DNA of 52,815 bases. Origin: Octopus sinensis. Taxonomy: Eukaryota. Within the stretch, counting starts at the first letter, position 1. Every line of letters starts with the position of its first letter. The position numbers and the translations under genes are program-made. This document shows, piece after piece, positions 1-14,964 of this stretch. The DNA lies in NCBI RefSeq assembly GCF_006345805.1, contig NW_021835103.1, positions 1 through 52,815 on the forward strand. Direction: 5' to 3'. Below the pieces are notes generated by a model. The model saw only the letters and a program-made list of their open reading frames with translations. It was not told where the DNA came from and did no database searches.

Positions 1-114
1 GTCCGCGTGTTTGTATGTGCGGTGTGTGCATGTCCTGTGCATTTGAGTGTGTGCTTGTTTGTGTATGGGCGAGTGTATATATGTGAATATGTGAATATGT
101 TTATTCATGTGTGA

Positions 115-159
<45 letters not shown>

Positions 160-470
160 TGTGTGCTGTCTGTATGTGTGCGTGTGCGTATGCCCGCGCG
201 CGCACATGTGTATATCTATATATATATTTGTGTATACGCGTATGTATATGTGTATGTATATATGTATTTACATGTTTGTATACATGTGTTTATATATGTG
301 TGTGCATATATATGTTTATTTGTGTGTGTGTGTGTCTGTATGTGTGTGTGCGTGTGCCTGCGCGCGCACATGTGTATATCTAAATATATGTATGCGTATA
401 CGCGTATGTATATGTGTATGTATATATGTCTTTACATGTATGTATACATGTGTTTATATATGTGTGTGCA

Positions 471-525
<55 letters not shown>

Positions 526-580
526 GTGATTGTGTGTGTGTATGTGTTTGTGTGTGTGTGTGTAACTGTGTGTAAGTAGA
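1..580. repeat. Complex (TG)n/(TA)n microsatellite containing a duplicated ~130-170 bp unit
   Basis: Dinucleotide runs. The block gtgcgtgtgc...cgcgcacatgtgtatatct...gtgtgtgcat occurs at ~178-310 and ~348-472. Confidence 0.9.
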
Positions 581-636
581 AAAAATACGGAGCTCTAGCT
601 GACTGCTATTTTTTGGTAGGTTATAATAATTTCTAC

Positions 637-724
637 GAAATTTGAACTCAGAACGTAATGACGAACAAAAAGCCACTAAGCATTTAGTCCGGCGTACTAA
701 CGGTTCTGTAAGCTCGCCACCTTA
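637..724 (-). mobile_element. SINE family B 5' fragment
   Basis: Reverse complement matches the head of other family B copies (ggcgagc...gttctgagttcaaatt). Confidence 0.7.
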
Positions 725-1095
725 TAGCAGTTTTATAATATTAATTTCAGCCCTCTGCTCTCTGAGTTCAATCAAGCTAAGATCAACTGTTACTTTTATT
801 TCCTGAGATGGATAAATGAAACACCATTTTGCGCAGTGAACTGGAATAATTTTTAAAGCGTCGGACGAGATGCTTTCCATTATTTCTTTTGGCTTTATGG
901 GTTTTGAATCAATCAGCCGACTATAAGAGTGAGTACACTCTCCGACCGGCAATTTGTCTGTATGAAACTGGATGGCCTACTTGCAATAAGTATAGACAAA
1001 CTGGCAACGGCTTGTTGAGTCTTTCATCCAGTACTGGATCGAAAGTGACTGAATGGAAATGGAAGTTACGTTATAAAGTGTTCCGTGTGACGTAA

Positions 1096-1687
1096 GACTA
1101 AGTAAGAGAGAGAGAGTGGGAGGAGGATGATAGGAGAAGGAGAAGTAGAGGTGATACAGCTGTAGGAATAGGGAAGCAGGAGGTGGAGTGGAGAAAGGGG
1201 AGGAGTAGAAAAAGTGGTGGAGATTAGGAGTACAAAAGAAAAGACTCCTTTTGATTACAATTGACCATGGGATTGCAACTAGAAAGTTCCCCTCCGAGGC
1301 ACAAGTCCGGGCAAGGTTATTTATGGAAGACCAGCAGTCACCCATGCATACAAGTCTCTCCTCTCGACGCCACTGATATTATCCTAGAGAAAGTTAAAGG
1401 CTGATACAGCTTGGCACCAGTGGTGCCGGAACTCATTTCTACAGCTGAGTGAATTGGAGCAACGTGAAATAACGTCTTGCTCAAGAATACAACACATAGC
1501 CCAGTCCGGGAATCGAACTGACTCTCTCATGATTGCGCCTTGGGTGTATCTTAATCTCCACCTCTTTTTCTATTCTTGCCCTTTCACCACTCCTCCCCTT
1601 TATCCACCTCCTACTTCTCTATTCCTACCACTTCATCTCCTCTACTTCTTCTCTTCTCATCCTCCTCCTACACTCTCTCACTTAGTC
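1096..1687. mobile_element. Foldback/MITE-like element with ~140 bp purine-rich inverted arms and a SINE in the centre
   Basis: 1096-1240 (gactaagt...ggagattagg) aligns with the reverse complement of ~1545-1687 (cttaatctcc...acttagtc). Confidence 0.65.
1241..1539 (-). mobile_element. SINE family C (tRNA head plus CORE-like domain)
   Basis: Minus strand has a B box (GTTCGATTCCC) followed by a CORE-like TTGAGCAAGACGTTATTTCACGTTGCTCCAATTCACTCAGCTGTAGAAATGAG. Paralogous copy at 4112-4432. Confidence 0.8.
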
Positions 1688-1805
1688 ACCGAATACAGTC
1701 AATGACCAATTCAAATAAAAGGTAAAAAGTAAAGTAAACATTATCTCTTTGTGTCCTTGACTGAAACTAATAAGAAGACAATCTTATCGTTGATAGACAG
1801 AGCGA

Positions 1806-2058
1806 AGGCGGTGAGCTGGCAGAAACGCTAGCACGCCGGGCGAAATGCGTAGCCGTATTTCGTCTGCCGTTACGTTCTGAGTTCAAACTGCGCCAAGGTC
1901 GACTTTGCCTTTCATCCTTTCTGAGTCTATTAAATAAGCACCAGTTACGCACTTAGGTCGATATAATCGACTTAATCCGTTTGACTGTCCTGGTTTGTCC
2001 TCTCTGTGTTTAGTCCCTTGTGGGTAGTAAAGAAATAGGTATTTCGTCTGGCGCTACC
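1806..2058 (+). mobile_element. SINE family B (tRNA-like head, Meta/MESC-like central domain)
   Basis: ggcggtgagctggcagaaac...gttctgagttcaaa...gtcgactttgcctttcatcc...gtgggtagtaaagaaata, followed by the start of a second unit. Many paralogues in the window. Confidence 0.85.
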
Positions 2059-2059
2059 A

Positions 2060-2722
2060 GATAGAGAGAGAAGAATCTTTTCCTCATGAACAAGTCTGTC
2101 CCAAACGGGTGAAATGAGTTCACGAGAATGGAGAGAAGAGCAGATGTCAACTCCGGAATTGCGGTTGCTTTCGGACAATTCATGAGGTACCCATTTTCAA
2201 GTTTAGGAACCTTTCCAAGTTGCTGAAGATGACGATGAATAGTTGTATGGTTTGAACTAAGCTTTATTGCCAATTCTTCAACTGATAATGCAGAATATTC
2301 TTCAAGTAATGCCTCAAGGAGCTTATCATTAAACTCAACTGGACGTCCTGTCCAATCTTCTCCTTCAAGGCTGAAATCTCCACTTCTGAATTTTGCAAAC
2401 CCTCTTCTCCAATTTCTTTCAATGAAGCATTCTTTCCCATAAACTGAGTGTATATTTCGAATCGCTTCGGCTGCAGAGTTTCCTTTTTTTGTACTCAAAT
2501 AGCATTATGTGCCTCAAATGCTTTTTGGATACTTCCATGTTAGAAAGGATTCTAATCAAAGTAATTTTAATTCTATTATTTTATAAAATAATATTTAATT
2601 AGTTTAAATGTACACAAATGCATACAAATAATTTTAAATTCCATTACACATTCTAACATACTTTTAAATTTCATTCAATTCTAAAAAAGGTAAAATCGGA
2701 CAGAACTTATGGGATGACCTGA
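2060..2722 (-). pseudogene. Mariner (Mos1-like) transposon, 5' half: TIR plus frameshifted transposase N-terminus
   Basis: ORF 2010-2498 gives HTH-like KKGNSAAEAIRNIHSVYG...FAKFRSGDFSLE...GRP. A frameshift restores WVPHEL and DRLV. TIR TCAGGTCATCCCATAAGTTCTG reads inward from 2722, with flanking TA at 2723-2724. Confidence 0.9.
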
Positions 2723-3119
2723 TACTTACTTAAACCCTTTAGCTTCTTAACGGCGACTTTTCTTCACTGTTCTTGACTTTGAGCTGTCTTTAAGGCCGTC
2801 CTCTCCCACGTTGTGTAGTATTGTGATTAACGTCATTGTCTTTGTTTGAGGAAAACTCTGTACTATGTTTTTCTTTCAGTTTTAAAATGTTTAAAAGCAG
2901 TCAATTTCTCGTTAAAATTAAAAAGTATAGAATATTGAAATAATATTTTTGCTAAAAGCTTGGAAATGTTTACCTATTTAAGCCTTTCGCTCTGTAAGGG
3001 TCATAGGACATCAATTTTAATCCACTGGTCTCGAATTTGGGCTGTCTTTTCCCATCCTGGGTCTTGTTGGTTTTGAATTTTCAATCGGTGCTCCTTTAAC
3101 TTAGCTTTTTTTTTCTAGG

Positions 3120-3300
3120 TAGGGATGGTTGACCTTACGCAAACCCAGTTTTACCTCTACAAAAGGGTGGTCCGTATTTGTCTGGCCTCTACTCTTTGAC
3201 CTGTCCAGTATGGGAGGCTTTGCCAGGAGCTTGCGTTCTGCTGACATAGCTCTTAGAGTCATTGTGGTATACAAGTCACGACAATGCACTTTATGGTGGA
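3120..3300 (-). mobile_element. Possible RTE-LINE 5'-UTR-like fragment
   Basis: ctctactctttgacctgtccagtatgggaggc...gacatagctcttagagtcatt resembles RTE 5' regions as I recall them. Not verified. Confidence 0.3.
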
Positions 3301-3423
3301 CTAGTGAAGGTAGTCCAAAAAACAAATAATAATAAACAGGATGATCACGGTTGTAACGCCTTTGTTCATACAGATGTTCGATTAAAGTTGATAAGGAGGT
3401 GAACACCACCACCAACAGCAGCA

Positions 3424-3620
3424 GTGGAGGCCCAATGGCCCAGTGGTTAGTGCAACGGACTCGCGGTCGTAAGAAGGCGGTTTCGATTCCCAGACCGGGC
3501 ATTGTGAGTGTTTATTGAGCAAAAACACCTAAGCTCCACGAGGCTCCCGCGGGGGAGGGGGGTGAACCCCGCTGTACTCTTTCACCACAACTTTCTTTCA
3601 CTCTTTCTTCCTACTTCTGT
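3424..3620 (+). mobile_element. SINE family D, 5' part (tRNA-Arg-like head)
   Basis: A box TGGCCCAGTGG and B box GGTTTCGATTCCC. Matches the full copy at 30630-31017. Confidence 0.85.
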
Positions 3621-3974
3621 CACAAAGCAGAGGAACCATGGTGTAACCCATTATGGTGTGGTAAACTTTCAGGCCCTAGTCTAGATTGCGAATCCTCCGT
3701 ATCCCAGGATGGTTCATCTCTCCGCCCGTTAAAAGCCACCGTTTACGAAATGAGGATAACAACGTAGCTTTCGCGCCCGTGCAGCCGCCAGTCTATTGCG
3801 TGTGGTGGGTGGATCTCAAGTGCCAAACGCATTCTTAGTAGCTTAGAGTAGGCTCGAATTAGAGATTATTCTTTGTGGCTAAAGGCGTGAGTCCTGACTA
3901 CTGACATTAAGCGAGAACATGACCTTCGATATTGGTAAGGCCATGACTTCTGCAACCTTTGAAGATGAAGCAGT

Positions 3975-4050
3975 AGAAGAAGAAGAAGAAGAAGAAGAAG
4001 AAGAAGAAGAAGAAGAAGAAGAAGAAGAAGAAGAAGAAGAAAAGAAGAAG
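3975..4050. repeat. (GAA)n microsatellite
   Basis: Direct reading. Confidence 0.95.
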
Positions 4051-4111
4051 ACAGTAGTAGCAACAGAAGCAATGGCAGCCGCAGTAACAACAACAGTAAC
4101 AGCATCAATAC

Positions 4112-4432
4112 AGACCCCTTTTGGCCATGAATGATCATGAGATTACACCTAGAAAGTTTCCCTCAAAGGCACGACTCCGAAAAAGGTTGTTTATGGATGA
4201 TCAGCAGTCGTCCGTGCATGCAAGTCTTCCCTCTCCATGCCATTGATGCTATCCAAGGGAAAGACAAAGACCGATAGAGCTTGGCACCAGAGATGTCTAC
4301 GGCTGAGGGAAGTGGAGCAACGTGAAATAAAGTGTCTTGCTCAAGAACACAACATGCAGCCCGATCCGGAAATCGAACTCACTACTTCGCGATTGAAAGC
4401 CCAACGCTTTAATCTCTGAGCCACGCAGCTTA
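4112..4432 (-). mobile_element. SINE family C (CORE-like), near full length
   Basis: Collinear with 1241-1539. Includes the tRNA-like head (GGCTCAGAG...GTTCGATTTCC) on the minus strand. Confidence 0.85.
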
Positions 4433-4492
4433 CCAACAACAATAATAGTTGCAGTGTAAACGAAACGATGACCACCACCACCACCATAAGAC

Positions 4493-4556
4493 GAAGAAGA
4501 AGAAGAAGAAGAAGAAGAAGAAGAAGAAGAAGAAGAAGAAGAAGAAGAAGAAGAAG

Positions 4557-4593
<37 letters not shown>

Positions 4594-4606
4594 GCTGCAA
4601 CAACAA
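4493..4606. repeat. (AAG)n-(AAC)n compound microsatellite
   Basis: Direct reading. Confidence 0.95.
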
Positions 4607-5182
4607 GCATTCTGAAAACAAAGAAATCGTATTTTGAGAATCCAGATTTTTTTTTGCAAGGAAACTTCAATCTAAAAAGAGAGACTAAATTTTTTTTACC
4701 AATCATAGATCAAGGCCAGACTTTTACAAACCAGACGGTGTCAAAACTGCTAACTAACATTTAAATTGAATATAAATTAAATTTGAGAATCGTAAAAGTG
4801 GCCAGTTTCTGGAAGCCATTTGCCACATATTAATTAAATATCTAATTCTGTCCAAATCACCGACATTTCAGAACGTCTGTTCTTCGCCATTGAAAAGTAT
4901 GTAAGGAAGTGAGTATAATATCAACCGAGATGGTGGGATAAAATGGAATGGTGTATTGAAAATAAGAACATTGTTAATCTTTAGAAAATTTCTATAGTTC
5001 GAGACAGGTATATAAGAAATAACTGGTGTGACATTTTAGTAAACTGTACGACCTCCGTATGCTTGAGACAGGTCGTAGTATATTTGCAATGCGATAACAA
5101 AAATATTTCAGGAAACGATGTTAAACATTTATTCTCAGCACATTGTTATAAAATAAATCAGGCAAATATGGACACTAAAATC

Positions 5183-5213
<31 letters not shown>

Positions 5214-5257
5214 TGTGTGTGTTGTAGGTATGTATGTTATATATATACATATATATA

Positions 5258-5312
<55 letters not shown>

Positions 5313-5474
5313 TATATACGTATATAAATTGGTATATATATATATATATATATATATGTATGCATATATGTATTATATGTATACACACCATACTCGCACA
5401 CAAATATATTCACATACATATATACATATATAGATACATACTTATATATACATACAGATACATATGCATATATA

Positions 5475-5516
<42 letters not shown>

Positions 5517-5597
5517 ATACATATACATACATATACATATATATAGATATACATACATACATACATGCATACATACAAACATGCATACATACATACA

Positions 5598-5684
<87 letters not shown>

Positions 5685-5760
5685 CATTATGTATGTATAT
5701 ATATTATATACTTACACGCACACAGACGCACGCACACACACACATACACACGCGTATATA
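5183..5760. repeat. (GT)n/(TA)n/(TACA)n compound microsatellite
   Basis: Direct reading. Explains the overlapping YI/CV/HT ORFs. Confidence 0.95.
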
Positions 5761-5914
5761 TCTTTACAAATGTTTGGATATGTGAAAGCTGTGTGAACAG
5801 AGAAAAGGTGAACTGATAGTAAATGTCGAATGAAATTCTAAAGCGAATCTAAATGTGCTGCATCCAAAAATACAGAACTGTTTGACAGTGTTAACATATT
5901 GTAGGAAACAAACC

Positions 5915-6745
5915 CAGTGAACCTGGCAGAATCGTTACCATTTGGAGCCAAATGCGGCTTAGCGGCATTTCGTCCGTCTTTGCGTTCTGCTTTCAAATTC
6001 CACTGAGGTCCACTTCACGTTTGGCTTTCCCGGTGTTGATAAAATAAGTAGCAGTTAAGTACTGGACTCATCCCTTCCACCGAAATTTCAGGCCTTGTGT
6101 CTATAGTAGAAAGGATTATTATAGTGTCAAAAGGCGGCGAACTGGCAGAGTTGTTAGCACACCGGGCGAAATGCTTAGCGGCATTTCGTCCCTCTTTACG
6201 TTCTGAGTTCAAATTCCGCTGAGGTCGACTTTGACTTTCATCCTTTCGTGGTCGATAAATTAAGTACCAGTTACGCACTGGGGTCGATATAATCGACTTA
6301 ATCCGTTTGTCTGTCCTTGTTTGTCCCCTCTGTGTTTAGCCCCTTGTGGGTAGTAAAGAAATAGATATTACGTCTGCCTTTTACGTTCTGAGTTCAAATT
6401 CCGCCGAGGTCGACTCTGCCTTTTATCCTTACGGGCTCGATAAATTAAGTACCAGTTATGCACTGGGGTCGATGTAATCGATTATCCCCTTACCCCAAAT
6501 TTCAGGCTTTGTGCCTATAGTAGAAAAGGATTATCATTAAAATGTCAAAAGGCGGTGACCTGGCAGAATTGTAAGTACGCTGAGTAAAATGCTTAGCATC
6601 ATTTCTCCGTCTTTAGGGCTTGCGTTCAAATTCCACCAAAACCAACTTCACCTTCTACTCTTTCAGGGTCGATAAAATAAGTACCAGCTGAGCACTGAGA
6701 TCAATGTAATCAATAAGACTCTTCCACAAAAGTTATAGGTCTCGT
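5915..6745 (+). mobile_element. Cluster of SINE family B copies, including a head-to-tail dimer (~6130-6535)
   Basis: Repeated ggcagaa..gttagc / gagttcaaattcc / gtcgac..tgcctttcatcc / taagtaccag motifs. Dimer junction aaagaaatagatattacgtctgcc near 6360. Confidence 0.85.
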
Positions 6746-7974
6746 CCCTAAAACAGAAAGGGGAAAATATGCTGAAAGAAATATTACCCTTTTTTTTTCT
6801 AAATCATTTAGTTGAGAGGGAAGTCGGTGCCCATAACCATTTAAAAGCCCCCTAAAACATGTGGAAGGGAAGGAGATCCGGTCCAAATGGTTGCAACAGA
6901 TTGGACTCTGCTAAAGGTATCCAAAGCGCAAAGTGATGCTATTAAAGTGGGTGGCAGAGTAAGACTACTACTCAACTAAGCCACGACAAGATTTGAACTA
7001 AAAGACGCAAGGTATCCGGTTCAACATATTTTTATGGTTTCACCAATCTACCGTCCTGCATTGGCGCGTTTTTATCAAACCTAAACGGTTAAGAAGAAAA
7101 TGTTACCGCAAAAGAATTTGAACTCTGCGCACAGAAGGTCGAAACAAATACTGCGAAGCGATAAGCAGATTAAACTGCAGAGATGAATGCCACTTGAGCT
7201 GTAGTCAAATAATGGCGAAGCTACTTTAGTAATCACTAGACCAATTAATTTAGCTACTACTAATTAAGTTAGTGTTAACATATTTAGTGCAGTAATCATT
7301 ATAAAAGCAAACTAGAAATAATTATACGGTAAAAGAAGACGGAAGAATATTATTCAATGACTAATAATATTTTAATTATTTGGGAAAAAAACGGGAGACA
7401 ATTTTGGATGTATATCAGTATTATTATGGCCTCATCAGCGAGAAGTAAAAGTCACTGTGCGTAATTATTACTGCTCTTTTTCAAACATAAAGAACCCTAA
7501 TGTTCAACGATTGCTTTGTCACATTGTAAGTGCTACATTAGAATTCTTTTCGGAATAAAGCTTGAAGAAATGTCGGCTTCGTCTGGTTCACTAATTATTA
7601 AATATACATACTTGAAGAAGGTAGTTATACGTATGAAAATTAGGTATTCAAGCACGAGTCAAACCTGAACCAAACACAAGTCAATAACGAACCACACTTT
7701 GGCCGTTTGATCTGCTATAAATAGCGATTAAATCTCTATTAAACTACACGACGTTTTAATAAAGTTTTCGTTAGAATATATTTTATTAATTATTATTATA
7801 ATAAGACGAATACAATAGAACAACATTCGAGAAATGTATTATTCACAAAATTATATCTATTAAATTAATTTATACCTTACTCAACTTTTTTCAGTAATTT
7901 TATTCTAGAATACTTATTTATATCTATTGGATAATCAATTTATATTTTCTACAGCTTTGTATTTAAATGTAGTT

Positions 7975-9885
7975 TTTAAATACATATTTATTGGCATGTA
8001 CACAGGATCTCCCCTTTTCTCTTCTACTTTTAAGAAGTTTGCGTTTAGAAGTTAAAATTTGGAAAATTTCATCAATACAAATATTGCAGTGATTATTTTC
8101 AATTTTATAGGAATTAGCATGATTTATAATTTCCCACTTTTATTTTTGTCCTTTAACTCAAAAATTAATTTGCTTAGACTGGAATTATAGGATTTGGGAT
8201 GGCTTATAATTCCCCACTCTTCGTTTTTGTACTTTAACTTCCAAATGAAATTGCTTAGACTGGTGCTAGATGATTTATTTCTGTTTCTAATTTTTTTTTT
8301 CATGCTTGGCAATTCGCTTCTTTATATAATTTTCTATGGCACCTATGTAAAGATAATCCATACCGTCCGATTCCACTTTGTATCTATATACTACATTTTT
8401 TCCTTGCAACAATTTTTAAGCAAACAGTTACCTTTAAATTTGCAATCACAACCTATATTCTTATTTTTCTATAGAGAATTGCAGTCAGTATAATTTTTGT
8501 CCATGCCGTTAGTTTTTTGGTAAAGACAAGATACTACGAGGGTTGTTTCCCTTTCCTATTATTAAAATCATTTATGTTGTCCTGCAAGGAATCAGTACTA
8601 CTTTTAACCGTATTATCATAGAAATTACTTAGCTTTTTTTTATTAAGTGAAGATATATCCCTGAGAAGCATTAGCTGAGACAGAAAATCCAATTTGGAGT
8701 TTAGTGTCTGGAAAATAGTTTGCAAAGAGATTTAAATAAGTTACTTTTAATCTGTTTTGCTAATGGAATTATTAACCATATAATAGTATTCTTATTAGAA
8801 ATTCTATTATAATTATCTATATGCAAGTCAATTTTATTTCTATATGTGGTATGCCGCTTTATTTAATTTGTGTCCACTTCCTTTATTTAATTGGGTATCC
8901 ACCTCCTTGTTGACTTTAACCTTATTTTTTTTTTATTTATGTATTCAGAATTATAACGATTATAGACGTTGTTATGATATGTAGACCTAGCTTTTTTGAT
9001 TTTATTACTAACCATTAGATTTATTTTATCCAACATAGGCGCAGGAGTGGCTGTGTGGTAAGTAGCTTGCTAACCAACCACATGGTTCCCGGTTCAGTCC
9101 CACTGCGTGGCATCTTGGGCAAGTGTCTTTTGCTATAGCCCCGGGCCGACCAATGCCTTGTGAGTGGATTTGGTAGACGGAAACTGAAAGAAGCCTGTCG
9201 TATATATGTATATATATGTATATGTGTGTGTTTGTGTGTCTGTGTTTGTTCCCCTAGCATTGCTTGACAACCGATGCTGGTGTGTTTACGTTCCCGTCAC
9301 TTAGCGGTTCGGCAAAAAGAGACCGATAGAATAAGTACTGGGCTTACAAAAAGAATAAGTCCCGGGGTCGAGTTGCTCGACTAAAGGCGGTGTTCCAGCA
9401 TGGCCGCAGTCAAATAACTGAAACAAGTAAAAGAGTAAAAGAGTAAAGAGTATATTATTATCGTTCTGGCTGTATAAGTTTTGATTACTAATTTCAGTAT
9501 GTAGGATATCATTGTTATTTATTACCTATTTATTTTTACCCCTATTTCTACTCTTCTTAGATCTTTCAAATTTCAGGTTATTTTCCGTTATACCTAAGTT
9601 ATTCCTATCACTGTAGTTTTTTCATTCGGTGCATAATATTTCAACTTTTGCACATATCCTGCCTTACTAACGGCCATGTTGTAATAATCCACGTTATTGT
9701 TGAACATTTCCTCGTTTGTTGATAGATTTGAGATTCTTTTTGATATATTCCAGATCAAAGAACTTGTGACAGGTCTTGGATGATTACTTCCGATCTTTAT
9801 ATATCTTAGGTTAGTGTTAGGTTTATGGTAGGTTTCTCAGTAACAAGGTTAAGATTTACATCTAAGAAGTTGACTGACTCATCTC
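7975..9885 (-). pseudogene. Degenerate Penelope-like element (RT thumb, linker and GIY-YIG endonuclease), interrupted by SINE A
   Basis: Manual minus-strand translation: VNFLDVNLNL...HKPNTNLRYIKIGSNHP...ISKRISNLSTNEEMF...KAGY (~9880-9640); CDCKFKGNCLL..NVVYRYKV...YLYIGAIENYIKKRIAKH (~8450-8300, GIY-YIG); STSLSNFIWKLK...HCNICIDE...CVHANKY (to ~7985). Many frameshifts. Confidence 0.85.
9038..9452 (+). mobile_element. SINE family A, full length (~410 bp, tRNA head, internal TA/TG microsatellite)
   Basis: GGCGCAGGAGTGGCTGTGTGG...GGTTCAGTCCC head; ends in (AAAGAGT)n. More than 10 copies in the window. Resembles described Octopus tRNA-SINEs; exact family name unverified. Confidence 0.95.
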
Positions 9886-10199
9886 ATTTTCTATAGTAAC
9901 TGCGGTGCTCCAGCATGGATGGAATCAAATGACTGAAATAAGTAAAAGAATTTAAGAATAATAAAATTAAAACTCAGTTAACAAAGCCACATCGAGTGAT
10001 GATGTTGATGCACTGTTAAACAATCATATATTGATGTGTTAAAAAATAGTGTTTCGTTACATATTGTCACGCTGCTGCAATTAACAAGCTTTTGAACATT
10101 CAGAGTAGGGAAATCAACATTAGGATTTGGGAAATATAAACGCTCTAACTTACGTATGGAGTAAACATTCCTTCGTTTATATGTACATATGTTCCCCAA

Positions 10200-10201
10200 T
10201 G

Positions 10202-10278
<77 letters not shown>
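10200..10278. repeat. (TCTA)n microsatellite
   Basis: Direct reading. Confidence 0.95.
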
Positions 10279-10550
<272 letters not shown>

Positions 10551-10777
10551 CATCCATCAATCTGTCAGTCCGTCCGTCCATCTGTCTGTCTATCTGTCTG
10601 TATATATATGTTTGCATGTATGTATGTCTACCTATCTATCGATTCATCGATCCATCCATTTGTCTATCTGTTGTTTGTCTGTCTTCTAATCTACATATCT
10701 GAGTTAGTTATTGAATGTGTATGTGTGTGCGCGCACATACATGTAATGTACTTTCTCTTGGAATTTCCTCCGTCTCC

Positions 10778-10814
10778 TGTTTCTGACAAAGAACTTTGCT
10801 CGAAACGTAAAACA
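10778..10814 (+). ncRNA. Degenerate minimal hammerhead ribozyme motif (core C3/A8 mismatch) in a PLE-terminus-like sequence
   Basis: TGTTT-CTGACAA-AGAACTTTGCTC-GAAA-CG-TA-AAACA. Stem I is 5 bp and stem III is palindromic ACGT, but G8 is replaced by A and stem II has a mismatch. Confidence 0.5.
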
Positions 10815-10970
10815 ACCATTTTTCCTTCTTTGAGCGTCTGCTAATACTGTGCATGTACCACGTCCTCGCGTTGTTGTTTTTTCTTGTGTTTGTTCTTCGC
10901 TTTTTTAGATTTACGATAAACTAATATATGTATATATGGAGATGAAGTAGTATATGTATGTGTGTGGGTG

Positions 10971-11002
<32 letters not shown>

Positions 11003-11030
11003 TGTATGTATGTATCTATCTATATATGTA

Positions 11031-11180
11031 TTCCCGTAACTTAGCGGTTCGGCAAAAAGGAACGATAGAATAGGTACTAAACTTACAAAGAATAAGACAT
11101 GCGGTTGATTTGTTCGACTAAAAGGTGGTGCTCCAGCATGGCCGCAATCATATGACTGAAACAAATAAAAAAATAAAAGA
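11031..11180 (+). mobile_element. SINE family A 3' fragment
   Basis: cccgtaacttagcggttcggc...gctccagcatggccgca...tgactgaaac. Confidence 0.85.
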
Positions 11181-11184
11181 ATAT

Positions 11185-13500
<2,316 letters not shown>

Positions 13501-13741
13501 GTATTGAACATACACTGTACGGTTCATTCAATTATGAATTTCTATCTACCCAACTAATTTGATGCTGGTGGTTTTAAGGAAGATTAAAAACAGCAAATGA
13601 CATTCACTGGAATTTGGACTCAATACATTTCTAGAGTAAAGCCATATTGAAAACCTGCAACAGAGAATGAACTTGATTTCAAAAACCGTCGGAATCATTC
13701 TAAGAAGATTTTGTAACCGTAAGTTCGAAGGCGTAGTTTTT

Positions 13742-13824
<83 letters not shown>

Positions 13825-13833
13825 GATCTATCA

Positions 13834-13899
<66 letters not shown>

Positions 13900-13900
13900 A

Positions 13901-14108
13901 TTCTTTACTCTTTTACTCGTTTCATTCATTTGACTGCGGCCTTGCTGGAGCACCGCCTTTAGTCGAGGAAATCGACCCCAGGACTTATTCTTTGGAAGCC
14001 TAGTATTTATTCTATCGGCCTCTTTTGCCGAACTGCTAAGTTACGGGGATGTAAACACACCAACATCGGTTGTCAAGCGATGTTGGGGGGACAAACACAC
14101 ACACACAA

Positions 14109-14149
<41 letters not shown>

Positions 14150-14333
14150 CATATATATATACACATATATACGACGGGCTTCTTTCAGTTTCCGTTTACC
14201 AAATCCACTCACAAGTCTTTGGTCGGCCCGAGGCTATAGTAGAAGACACTTGCTTAAGGTTCCGCGCATGGGAATGAACCCGGAACCATGTCGTTGGTAA
14301 GCAAGCGACTTACCACACAGCCACTCCTGCGCC
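13901..14333 (-). mobile_element. SINE family A, full length
   Basis: Reverse complement of the 9038-9452 type, ending ccactcctgcgcc. Confidence 0.95.
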
Positions 14334-14589
14334 TTACATACATACATATATATGTATATATACATAATAAATAGGGTAATAATAAATTATTATTAAATAC
14401 ACACAAACACAGACAGACAGACAAACACACACATACGCATACACACACATATATCTGTACATAAATGCATATACATACACACATAGACACACCCTTAGAA
14501 ACACACACATGCACGCATACACACACACACACGCACATACGTTTAGGTGTACAAACACGAAAAATATAAATTATTATTACCAGTGGTCT

Positions 14590-14962
14590 AGCACAAAAAA
14601 GGAATTAGTCATTAGACTATATATTATTCATATAGAAATACAATAAGAGGCTTCCAAATAGGAAAGCCTTGTGCTAGAAAGAGCAGTAGAAATCTCAAAA
14701 ACCAGTAAAAAAGGATAAATTCTCGAAAGGAATGAAATTTAAAAACGTTTACCATCTCAACTATTTCCCAGACCATGGTTTCTAACTATTTCCAGCAAAA
14801 AAATACCCGCATATGTATATATATATATATAAGAGGAATAACCACCAAAGTGGATTCCTAATATGCTAGAAGAATGTGTTCTCAAGAATTTTCAGCAAAA
14901 GCTAGAATGTAAACCGAGCAAGACAAATGAAAAGATACAAAATTTGGCTATAAACTACATAC
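14590..14962 (+). pseudogene. Possible highly decayed PLE thumb/linker fragment
   Basis: Fragments LERAVEIS, NVYHLNYFP and LAINYIPRYS loosely resemble PLE RA..IS / NGYP / LPYIP motifs. Confidence 0.3.
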
Positions 14963-14964
14963 CT

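Noticed and set aside
722-1095. Non-repetitive ORFs 722-952 (-) and 889-1095 (+)
   Set aside because: No recognisable domain, no convincing splice signals, and lengths expected by chance.
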